Shown: piece after piece, positions 24,984-36,160 of the stretch | How the letters are laid out: every line of letters starts with the position of its first letter | How positions within the stretch are numbered: position 1 is the first letter of the stretch | Assembly (NCBI GenBank): GCA_043228905.1 | Contig: JBHGNT010000015.1 | Location: forward strand, 16,244,001 to 16,308,000 | DNA: 64,000 nt | DNA from: Azolla caroliniana | Taxonomy: Eukaryota; Plantae; Polypodiophyta | Direction of reading: 5' to 3' | Position numbers and translations under genes: made by a program | Notes under the pieces: generated by a model | The model's input: the letters and a program-made list of their open reading frames with translations, nothing else | What the model was told of the DNA's origin: nothing | Database searches by the model: none

Positions 24984-27900
24984 GTTATCCGTCTAAGCGG
25001 GATGTCTAATGCTTCTGTAGCTTTGTTTTTACATGGTATTAGAGCACGAGGGTTGAGAACCTCTATAGCCAACATTAGCATCTGAAGGCAAACCCTAAGA
25101 CCCGGTAAGAACAGAAAGAGAAGTGATGGACAGAGGAATGACTAGCTCGCTCCCGGTGGAGAAGCTTGACAGATCTAACTATGCATCTTGGTCATACAAG
25201 ATGCACCAGTACCTGCTTGGGCATGGTTACTAGAGCTATGTCGACGGAGCTAACGACACAAAGCCTGATGCGACACACAAGGACTTCCCAGGGTGGGAAC
25301 ATGCGGCAAGCAAAGTGATGTACTTCTTTGGCCTCCAGTGTTAGAGACCAGCTATTGAGCCATGCCCGAGATGCCAAGATGCCAAAAGAAGCTTGGGGAA
25401 ACCTGAAGAAGGTTTTCGCAGCAAGCACTACAGCCCGGAAACTACAACTCCGACAGGAGTTGAGCAATGTCCAACAGAAGGACATGTCGGTAGCCGATTA
25501 CACGGCCCGAATCAAAGAGATCTGTGACTCACTTGCCTCTATCAACGTCACTGTAGAGGAAGATGAAATGGTGCAGATTTGTCTTGGGGTCCTAGCATCT
25601 AAGTTTAGAGTGTTCCGAACGGTGGTATGTACAAGGGAGAATACGTTGTCATTTTTCGACTTCTAGCTCCTTGTAGAGGAGAACCACGTCGGTGCGTCAA
25701 CAAGTGCACCCACCGACAACCAGATTTTGTACACGGAGGCGGATCCGCCCCGTGGGCGTGGTGGACGAGGCGGGTCGGCTCACAATGGTAGCGGCCGGCA
25801 AGAGCAAGACGAAGGCACAGAGAACGTGCCGACAACAATTCCGGACCCTCCACAAGCAAGGGGAGTCCAGGTGGCGCTGGAGGCCGGCAAGCAAAGGCCG
25901 ACACAGAGTTAGTACTGTGGCAAAAAGGGCCACAGACAAAACGAGTGCTGGAAGAAGTGCGTCGATTCGGACAAATCTGGATCTGGCAAGGTTGGTAGGG
26001 AAAACCGGCAGAGCTCGCACTACGCGGAAGGATCAGAAGGATCCGAAACCGGAAAAGCCGGTAAAGGGCCAACCTTCGTGATGAAGCATGAGGCTAACTC
26101 AATGAAGAAGACCACTTCCAAATCGGAGGAAGCGTGGTACGTTGATTCGGATGCGTCGAACCACATGACGAGCCATGAAGAGTGGTTCTCCTTCATAGAG
26201 AAACCGGAACAACCAGGAGTTGTCGAAACCGGAGATGACACACCACACCCAATTGTGCATGTCAGAGAAGTCTGTTTGAGCCATGTCAGACAGAGGGGGA
26301 AGCTGATGAACGTGTTACACGTTCCGACTATCATGAAGAACCTGGTGTCAGTCGGTCAGATCATTGACCAGGGGATGCAAGTGCGGTTTACGCACCTTGG
26401 GTGCTTCATCAAGGAAGAGGGCCAAATTATTGCGCAAGGGCGCAGAGACGGGAGGATGTTCATCCTCGACACCAATGACATCGGCACCGCTTTGTTCGCC
26501 TAAGGATAGAAGGTTTAATCGGACATCGATCTCTGGCACAAGCGGATCGACCACGTCAATTACCAGAGGCTTCAAGACTTGCAAACGAAACAAGTTCTTT
26601 TTGGTTTGCCGAAGTTCAGTGGTCGGAAGGTCCAAATATGTGAAGCCTGCCATCTCGGGAAGCAACACCGGCTTCCATTCCCCATCGAACGAAACCGTAG
26701 TCGTAACAAGCTCGACCTTATTCATTCGGATGTATGGGGACCGGCACAAAACGTTAGTCTTGGCGAGAGTCGGTATTTCGTCTCCTTCATCAACAACTAC
26801 AATCGGCACACGTGGATCTACCTCATTGAGAGCAAGAGCGAAGTCTTCGAGTATTTCCGGAACCTTCAAAGCTTGGTTGAACGGGAAACAGAGAGGAAGA
26901 TCAAGTGCATGCGGTCAGATGGCGGGAAAGAATACTTTTCTGGCCAATTCAACAATTATCTGCAGCAAAACAGAATTCGGAGAGAATTCAATTGCAAAAC
27001 GGTGTGGCCGAAAGGAAGAACCGGTCGATTGTCAACGCGGCAAGGGCGATGCTAGAGGAGAAGAGCATGCTCAAATTCTACTGGGCTAGGGCAGTATGGA
27101 CGACCATCTACATCCAAAACCGGATGGGTGACAAGGTGTCAGCATGGAGCTGTACTTTGGGCGCAAGACGAATTTGAGACACCTTCGGATATTTGGTAAC
27201 ATTGCATATGTGCATGTGCCGAATGAAAAGCGGAGGAAGTTGGATGCAAAGTCGGAGAAGTGCATCTTAGTCGGTTACTCGCATGAGCAAAAGGGGTATA
27301 AGTGTTATAACCCCCGGACGAAGCAGGTTCGAGTAAGCCGAGTTGTCGAGTTCGATGAATCGGCATCATGGTACTCCTTTCCGGCTCCGACTTCCGACCC
27401 TGACTCGATACCGGAGGATGAGGCTAGTGAGCTTGAACCGGTCTAGTTAGAAGATGAAGGGTTTGAGACTCTAGATGAGAGTCCGGAATCATTTCGGCTA
27501 AGCAGGCCGAACGAGTGACTGGGTCTGATAGACCAATCGGATGATGAATCAGCGAGTAGTGGAGACTTTGTCGTGCTCTCCCCGCACAAGGAACCGAGGA
27601 GATGGTTCACGCGCAAGGAGAAGGGGAAGAAGAAGATGCTGGAACACGAGATCGACAATGGTGAGTCAGATCAGAATGGATCCGACTCCGGTAAGGAAGA
27701 CGGCGGATCTTCGAGAACGGAGACCGAACCAGCCAAGAAGGGCAAGGGGGTGTGGTGTTGGCGGTTGCTATGGCAAGGGGGTGGCATCTTCACCAGATGG
27801 ACGTGAAGAATGCATTCCTTCAAGATGATCTTGAAGAATTGGTCTTTATGACCCAACCCCTCGGTTTCCAATCGGAGATGAACAAGTCGGCGGTGTGCCG

Positions 27901-28639
27901 GCTGAAGAAGTCACTTTATGGCCTGAAGCAAGACCCCCGATCTTGGAATGCGAAGATCACGCACCAGTTGTGTAAGATGGGGTTTGCGGCCTCCAAGTCC
28001 GACTCTTCGTTGTTCATCTAGCAAGGTTCGGATGGTCCAGTTTGCATATTCTTGTATGTTGATGATCTAGTCATCATCTGACCCGGACTCGATGAAATCG
28101 GCCAAGTCAAGTCTCAACTGCCGGACACATTTGAGATGAAGGACCTAGGGGACCTTCACTATTTCCTTGGGATCGAGGTGATCTGAACCCCCGACGGCAT
28201 ATTGCGCTACACCGATGTCGATTGGGCCGGCGATGCGTTGAATCACTGATCCACCTCTGGCTATATGTTTTCCCTTGGTAGCGCGGCTGTTGCGTGGAGC
28301 AACAAAAAGCAGCCAACAGTGGCCCTTTCGAGCACTGAGGCTGAATACCGAGGCGCTACCGTTGCCACCTATGAAGCCATTTGGCTTCGGCGACTGTTGC
28401 AAGACCTACGGATCGAGGTGCCGACCCCAAACCTGATCTACTGTGACAACATAAGCAGCATGCAGTTCGCCAAGAACCCCGTATTCCATGCTCGCACAAA
28501 GCACATAGAAGTGCACTACCACTTCGTGCGTGAGCGTGTCCTAAGTGGTGAAGTCGAACTTCGGTATGTTCATACGGATCGGCAAGTTGTCGACATCTTC
28601 ACCAAACCGCTCGGATCGGACAAGTTGCAACAGTTAACT

Positions 28640-31600
28640 TGTTGAGCGGCAAGCTCAACCGGAGCCGGATCGGCTGAATAAGCCGGAGCCGGTAAGCGAG
28701 ACGGATCGGGCGAAACGGATCGGTATGACGGCGAGCAACCGAACCGGCAAGCAGTGGAGGCCGGGTGCAATCCGTAACCAGAAGTCCAAACGGAAGCCTA
28801 GTATAGGATAGACTACTAGGTAGCTATAGTCTCGTAGTAAGTGTCAGATGCTCGTGTGAGCATTGAAGTACATGGTACTTCTGTCAGTCCCAAGAGGACT
28901 TGTATAAATAGTGCTACTTAGCACAGTGTGTACAGAGTCTTGACATAATCTTGAAATTCTATTCTGCTCTCTCTGTCTCTCTCTGTCTCTCTCTCTTTCT
29001 CTCTGTGTGTTGTTCTCTGTTTTACGCTTCCGCAAACACTTACGTTTACATGGTATCAGAGCGTGAGGGTTGAGAACCTCTGCTGCAGACATTTACTCTT
29101 GAGAAGAAAACCCTAACAGGTCGAAAACAGACACAGTAGAAGACATGGATAGAGGCATGGCTACGTCGCTCCCGGTGGAGAAGCTCGACAGGAGCAACTA
29201 CGCATCCTGGTCTTACAAGATGCACCAGTACCTGCTTGGACACGGGTACTGGAGTTATGTCGAAGGAGCGAATGATGCGGCGCCCGACTCGGCACACAAG
29301 GACTTCCCGGTATGGGAATAGGCGGCAAGCAGGGTGATGTACTGCTTCGCATCCAATGTCGGTGATCAGCTGCTCAGCCACATCCGTGACGCCAAGACAC
29401 CGAAGGATGCTTGGGGGAACCTGAAAAAGGTTTTCGCCGTAAGCACCACTGCCCGGAAGCTACAACTCAGACAGGAGCTGAGCAATGTTCGACAAAAGAA
29501 CATGTCCGTGGCAGACTACACGGGCCGGATAAAGGAGATTTGCGACTCGCTCGCCTCTATCAATGTTACCGTAGAGGAAGACGAGATGGTGCAGGTATGT
29601 CTCAGAGGCCTGGCGTCCAAGTTCGGAGCGTTCCGGACTACGGTGTGTACAAGGGAGAATACCCCCTCATTCTTCGACTTACAGTCGATGCTCCTTGTAG
29701 AGGAGAACCACGCCGGTGCATCTACCAGTGCATCCCCGGACAGCCGAATGTTGTACACGGGAACAGATCGGCTCCATGGGCGTGGTGGAAGAGGTGGGTC
29801 GGCACGCAATGGAGGCGGCCGGCAAGAGCAGGAACGAAGGCACTATGAGCGTGCCGACAGCAGTTCCGGGACTTCCACAAGTAGGGGGAGTCAAGGCGGT
29901 GCCGGAGGCCGGCAAGACAAATCCGCTACGGAATGCTGGTAGTGCGGCAAAAAAGGCCACAGGGAAAGCGAGTGCTGGAGAAAGCGTGCTGATTCGGACA
30001 AATCCGGATCCGGCAAGACCGGTAAGGATGGCCGGCAAAACTCGCACTACGCAAACGGATCAGGAGGATCCGGAACCGGAAAGGCCAGTAAGGGGCCAGC
30101 CTTGGTGATGAATCACAAGGCAAACTCAATGAAGAAGACCACTTCCAAAACGGAGGAAGTGTGGTATGTTGATTCCGGCGCATCGAACCACATGACGAGC
30201 CACAAAGAGTGGTTCTCCTTTCTGGAGAAACCGGATCAACCAAGAGTAGTCGAAACAGGAGACAACACTCCTCACCCAATCGTGCACGTCGGAGAAGTCC
30301 CTCTAAGCCACGTCGGACAAAAAGGGAAGCTGATGAACGTATTACACGTTCCGACAATCACGAAGAACCTGGAGTCCGTCGGTCAAATTGTCGACCAGGG
30401 GTTGCAGGTGCGGTTTACGCACCTCGGGTGCTTCATTGAGGATGAGGGCGAAGTCATTGCGCAAGGGCGCAGAGACGGGAGGATGTTTATCCTCAACACC
30501 AATGACTTTGGCACCGCTCTGTTCACGAATCGACAGAAGGTCGAGTCGGATATCAACCTGTGGCACAAGCGGATAGGTCACGTCAACTACCGGAGGCTTC
30601 AAGACCTGCAAACGAAACAAGTCGTTTTCGGTTTGCCGAAGCTCAGCGGCCGGAGAGCCGAAATTTGTGAAGCCTGCCAACTTGGGAAGCAACACCGGCT
30701 TCCATTCCCCACCGAACGGAACCGGAGCCGTAACAAGCTCGATCTCATCCATTCGGATGTGTGGGGACCGGCACACAGTGTAAGCCTTGGCGGGAGCCGA
30801 TACTTCGTCTCCTTCATCGACGACTATATTCGACATACTTGGATCTACCTCATTGAGCGGAAGAGCGAAGTCTTCGACTGTTTCTGGAGCCTCCAGAAGA
30901 TGGTGGAACGGGAATCGGAGAGGAAGATCAAATGCCTTCGGTCGGATGGCGGAAAGGAATATTTTTCCGGCCAATTCACTAGTTATCTGCAGCAGAAGGG
31001 AATTCGGCGAGAGTTCAGCTGCAGATACACACCGGAGCAGAACGGTGTGGCGGAAAGGAAGAACCGGACACTCGTCGAAGCGGCAAGGGCAATGCTGGAG
31101 GAGAAGAGCATGCCCCGGTTCTACTGGGCGGAGGCGGTCCACATAGCCGTCTACATACAAAATCGCATTGGTGACAAGGTGTCAGCTCATGAGCTGTATT
31201 TCGGGCGCAAGCCGAACTTAAAACACCTTCGGATATTCGGCAGCATAGCGTATGTGCATGTGCCGGATCAGAAGCGGAGAAAGCTGGATGCAAAATCGGA
31301 AAAATGCATCCTAGTCGGCTATGCTGAAGAGCAAAAGGGGTATAAGTGCTATAACCCCCGGACGAAGGAAGTCCGAGTTAGCCGGGATGTCGAGTTCGAT
31401 GAATCGGCATCCTGGTACTCCGTACCGACTCCGACATCCGATCCCGACCCAATGCCGGAAGATCAGGCCAGTGAGCCTGAATCAGCCCTGGCAGAGGATG
31501 ATGGAGCCAGGACTCAAGATGAGAGTCCGGAATCGTTACGGTTGAGTGGACCGAACGAGCGACTAAGTCGGTTAGACCAATCGAATGAAGAAACGACAAG

Positions 31601-34591
31601 TGGTGGAGACTTTGCCGTGCTCTTCCCATGCAAGGAACCGAGGAAACGATTCACGCGCAAAGAGAAGGGGAAGAGGAAGATGCCGGAATTCGAAACCGGC
31701 AACGATGAGTCGGATCGGTGCGTATCCGACTCCGGAAAGGAGAAAGGCGGATCTTCGGCAACGAAGACCGAACTAGCCAAAAAGGGCCTCAAATCAGGTG
31801 ACGGTGCGTTGCGCCGATCAACCCGCCAGAAGGATCCCGTCATGCGGTACGGGTACAATGAATACATGGCGCATCATTATGCGTACATGACTAAGGTGAC
31901 AGAAGTGCGTGAACCGGAGAGCTACGTAGAAGCGGCAAAGGACGCAAATTGGCGTGCCGCTATGGACGAAGAAATGCGGGCACTCGATGCCAACGAAACT
32001 TGGGACCTAGTTGATCCTCCCCGTCACTGTAAACCGATCGGATGCAAGTGGGTGTACAAGGTCAAGTACAACGATGACGGTTCTGTTAACCGGTACAAAG
32101 CCCGGTTAGTGGCGAAGGGATACGCGTAGACCCACGGAATCGACTACGACGAGACCTTCGCTCCTGTGGCGAAGATGACGACGGTTCGTGTGGTACTGGC
32201 GGTTGTTGCGGCAAGGGGGTGGCATCTTCACCAGATGGATGTGAAGAACGCCTTCCTTCAAGGAGAGCTTGAAGAAGAAGTCTTTATGACTCAGCCCCCC
32301 GGATTTCAATCGGAGATGAACGAGTCGGCGGTATGCCGACTGAAGAAGTCGCTTTACGGCTTGAAGCAAGCCCCCCGAGCCTGGAACGCGAAGATCACGC
32401 ACCGGTTGCGTAAGCTGGGGTTTGCTGTCTCTAAGTCGGACTCTTCGTTGTTCATCCGGCAAGTCTCTGACGGTCCGGTATGTATACTCTTGTATGTGGA
32501 TGATTTAGTCATCACCGGACCGGGTCTTCCTGAAATCAACCGCGTCAAGTCCCAGTTGTCGGACGCATTCGAAATGAAGGACCTGGGGGGACCTTCATTA
32601 TTTTCTTGGGATCGAAGTGATCCGGACCCCCGACGGCATATTGCTCTCACAACGACATTACGTGTTGAATATGCTGTATAAGTTCGGCATGACGGATTGT
32701 CGACCTGTCTCCACACCCCTGGACCGGAACTAGAAGCTCCGTCCCAACTCCGGACCGGCCTGCAATGAGAAACGATTCCGACAGGTTGTCGGAAGCCTGA
32801 TCTACTTAACCATTACCCGACCCGACATCAGCTATCCGGTTGGCATGGTCAGTCAGTTCATGCAGAAGCCGACCGTGGAGCATCTTCAGTGTGCGCAACG
32901 AATATTACGGTATGTCAGCGGCACTAAGGACCGGGGATTGCTATACCGGCGAGGTATACCCGAAGAGCTTGTCAGCTACACAGATGCTGACTGGGCCGGC
33001 GATGCGTCTGATCGCCGCTCCACTTCCGGATACATGTTCTCCATAGGTAGTGCGGTCGTTGCGTGGAGCAGCAAGAAGCAGCCCACAGTGGCTTTGTCAA
33101 GCACTGAGGCTGAGTACCGGGCCGCTACCGTTGCCACTTGTGAAGCCATCTGGCTTCGGCGACTGCTGCGAGACTTGCGGATCGAGGTACCGACCCCGAT
33201 CCCGATTTACTGCGATAACATGAGCAGCCTGGAGCTCGCCAGGAACCCTATGTTCCATGCTCGCACAAAGCACATCGAGGTGCACTACCACTTCGTGCGT
33301 GAGTGGGTCCTGAGCGGTGAAGTTGACCTACGATATGTTCATATGGATCGGCAAGTTGCCGACATCTTCACCAAGCCGCTCGGATCGGACAAGTTGCAGC
33401 ACTTTACCGACATGCTTGGTATTCAGCATCTCGACGTGCCGCACTTGAGGGGGAGAAGCAAGGGCAAAGTCTCTACCGAAACGGGCAAAGGCCAAAAACT
33501 TGTTGAACCCGTCGGTAAGAGGAGAGTCGGAAGAAGAGGAGACAAGAAGATGAAGGAAGCCGAGTCGACGAAGGAAGTCGACACATCCGAACAGGTCAGA
33601 GCAAGCGGTTGTGAAGAAGAGTTCTACACTCAGGAAGAGAAGTGCATGTTGTGCGGAGGTCATCACGACAGTACTGACCATGATGCGGAGTCGAATGAAG
33701 AATTCGATTTCGGTTCACCGGCTGAAGAAGCTAAGGGAAGCATGGAGAAGGCCAAGACTCGGAAATGGTCCAATGTAGTGAGAGGCCTGAAGCCGGAAGT
33801 CGAATCGGAGTGTACCAATTCGGACAAGAGCTGGAACGAGTCGGAGACAGCTGACTCGGATCAATAGATGGATCCGGATGAGTCGGATCGACTGAAGGCC
33901 AAGGGGACACGGACACAGCGGAAGTCGATGCCATCGTGGGAGATCCGACGGATCGGCAAGCGCCGGAGTCACAGCAACGTGAGTGCTGAGATGGGCCTAT
34001 TGAGCAGACATGCCAACCGAGAGGGTCGAGGCGCGCAGAACCAAAGGGGTCGCGGCAAACGGGACCGGACCGGACGAGGAGCGCGAGCAAGGCGGAGTGA
34101 CGCCAGGAGAAGTCGGTTGGAAGAACCGACTGCCACAGAGGTTGACACTACGACCCCACCTCAGGTTGAGCTTGAGGGGGAGTGTTGAGCAGCAAGCTCA
34201 ACCGGAGCCGGATCGGCTAAATAAGCCAAAGCCGGTAAGCGAGACGGATCGGGCGAAACGGATCGGTATGACGGCGAGCAACCGAACCAGCAAGCAGTGG
34301 AGGCCGGGTGCAATCCGTAACCAGAAGTCCAAACGGAAGCCTAGTATAGGATAGACTACTAGGTAGCTATAGTTTCGTAGTAAGTGTCAGATGCTCGTGT
34401 GAGCATTGAAGTACATGGTACTTCTGTCAGTCCCAAGAGGACTTGTATAAATAGTGCTACTTAGCACAGTGTGTACAGAGTCTTGACATAATCTTGAAAT
34501 TCTGTTCTGCTCTCTCTGTCTCTCTCTGTCTCTCTTTTTCTCTCTGTGTGTTGTTCTTTGTTTTACGCTTCCGCAAACACTTACATTTACA
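28640..34591 (+). mobile_element. Ty1/copia element B, full-length and young, inserted into the RNase H end of copia A
   Basis: LTRs 28640-29050 and 34183-34591 differ by about ten transitions (by eye). TSD TAACT/TAACC. PBS TGGTATCAGAGC at 29051-29062. PPT at 34174-34182. Confidence 0.96.
29145..34188 (+). pseudogene. Copia B gag-pol polyprotein (gag, zinc knuckle, PR, IN, RT, RNase H, C-terminal extension) with several premature stops and a frameshift near 32585
   Basis: LPVEKLDRSNYASW, ECW*CGKKGHRESEC, WYVDSGASNHMT, LIHSDVWGP, YTPEQNGVAERKNR, LHQMDVKNAFL, LYVDDL, YTDADWAG, TKHIEVHYHF. Confidence 0.92.
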
Positions 34592-35804
34592 TAACCGAAA
34601 TGCTTGGTGTTTAACATCTCGACGTGTCGCACTTGAGGGGGAGAACGGGCAAAGGCAAAGAAACTATTGATTGCACCGGTGAGGGAAGAACCGACAAAGG
34701 GAGAGACAAGAAGGAAAAGGAAGCCGAGTCGACAAAGGAAGTTGGCACATCCGAACAAGTCGGAACATGCGGCAACGACGGCAGAGTCAAGAAGGACAGA
34801 GCCAACTAGAAGAAGAAGGCCAAGACCCGGACATGGTCTGATATGGTGAAGGGCTTGGAACCGGAAGATGAATCGGGAGCGACCGATTTAGACAAGAACT
34901 GGAACGAGTCGGAGACAACCAATTCGGTTCAACAAACGGATTCGGAAGAACCAGATCAATTGAAGGCCAAGCGGACGAGAAGGCGGTAGAAGTCGATGCC
35001 AACATGAAGGAACCGGCGGGTCGACAAGCGTTGGAGTCACAGTAATGAGGGAGCTGAATTGGGCCTGTTGAGCAGACAAGCCGACCGAGGAGGTCGAGGC
35101 GCGCAGAACCAGAGGGGTCACAGCAAACGGAACCGGACGGGACAAGGAGCGCGAGCAAGGCAGTGACGCCAAGAGGAGTTGGGTGGAAGAACCGGCTGCC
35201 ATTGAGACTGACATTACAATTCGACCTCAAGTTGAGCTTGAGGGGGAGTGTTGAGCGGCAAGCTCAACCTGATCTGGATCGGTTGAATAAGCCTGAGCCG
35301 GATCGGCATCCGGAAGGATGAGCCGGATCGGTGAGCCGGTGACCAGGTGAGTCAGTGAGCTGGGGAGCCGGGGAGCCGGTTAGCCGGATCAAGCAGTAAC
35401 CGGAAACCTAGTAGCAGCCTAGACTACTAGGTAGTTAATGTCTCGTAGTTAGTGTCAGACGCTCGCGTGAGCATTGAAGTACACTATACTTCTGTCAGTC
35501 CTCTTAGGACTTGTATAAATAGTGTTGTTGAGCACGTTGTATGTATAGATACAACAATTCTGGTGCAATCACAGATACAACAATTCTCTTGAGTCTCCAC
35601 ATAAGAGGCCACCAAGAAGAAATCATTTTTAACCTCATCACATCACCTCGACATCCTATCATCTTGGGGTTATCATGGCTCGGGACTCACAATCCAATCG
35701 TGGATTGGCGATCTCGCTCCATCAACTTCACCTTGAATTCTTGCCCACAATTGATTGCTTCCACTCTTCTTCGAGCCAATGCTCCGCCATTTGTTTGGAC
35801 TCCT

Positions 35805-36160
35805 CCTCTGGCGAGGACCACATCAATGGTTGCTCCAATTCCCATTTCTGCTTTGGTGAGGACTTTGTCAACGGTTGCTCCCACTCATGTTTCGGAGGCA
35901 ACTCTCATTTCTGCTCCGGTGAGGACCGTGTCAACAGTTGCTCCCACTCATGTTTCAGAGGCAACTCCCGTTTTTGCTCCGGCGAGGACCACGTTAGCGG
36001 TTGCTCTGATTCCCGTTTCTGCTCTGGTGAGGACCACGTCAACAATTGCTCCCACTCATGTTTTGGAGGCAACTCCCATTTCTGCTCTAGTGAGGACCAA
36101 GTTAGCGATCGCTCCCATTTCCTCTTCCATGAGAACCGTGTCAACTGTTACTCCAATAGA
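35805..36160 (+). repeat. In-frame minisatellite (60-bp and 39-bp units) between protease and RT
   Basis: Units GCTCCCACTCATGTTTCGGAGGCAACTCCCATTTCTGCTCCGGTGAGGACC... encode [21 protein letters not shown]. Confidence 0.85.

Larger units (their letters stand above)
24560..35549 (+). mobile_element. Ty1/copia element A (degenerate, internally deleted, 3' LTR truncated), containing copia B
   Basis: 5' LTR 24560-25033, PBS TGGTATTAGAGC at 25034 (tRNA-iMet type), gag ATG 25126, WYVDSDASNHMT protease, integrase, RT/RH fragments up to 28639. Resumes at 34592. PPT GAGGGGGAG at 35240-35248. 3' LTR runs from 35249 and stops at about 35549. Confidence 0.93.

Noticed and set aside
26348-31867. Long antisense and alternate-frame ORFs over the copia integrase (e.g. 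30342-31160, 272 aa)
   Set aside because: Shadow ORFs expected from GC-rich codon usage of pol; no independent motif.
33731-35230. env-like extra gene in the copia 3' region (antisense ORFs 33731-34090 and 34787-35230)
   Set aside because: No clear transmembrane segment or separate start context; conservation between A and B follows the sense pol frame.
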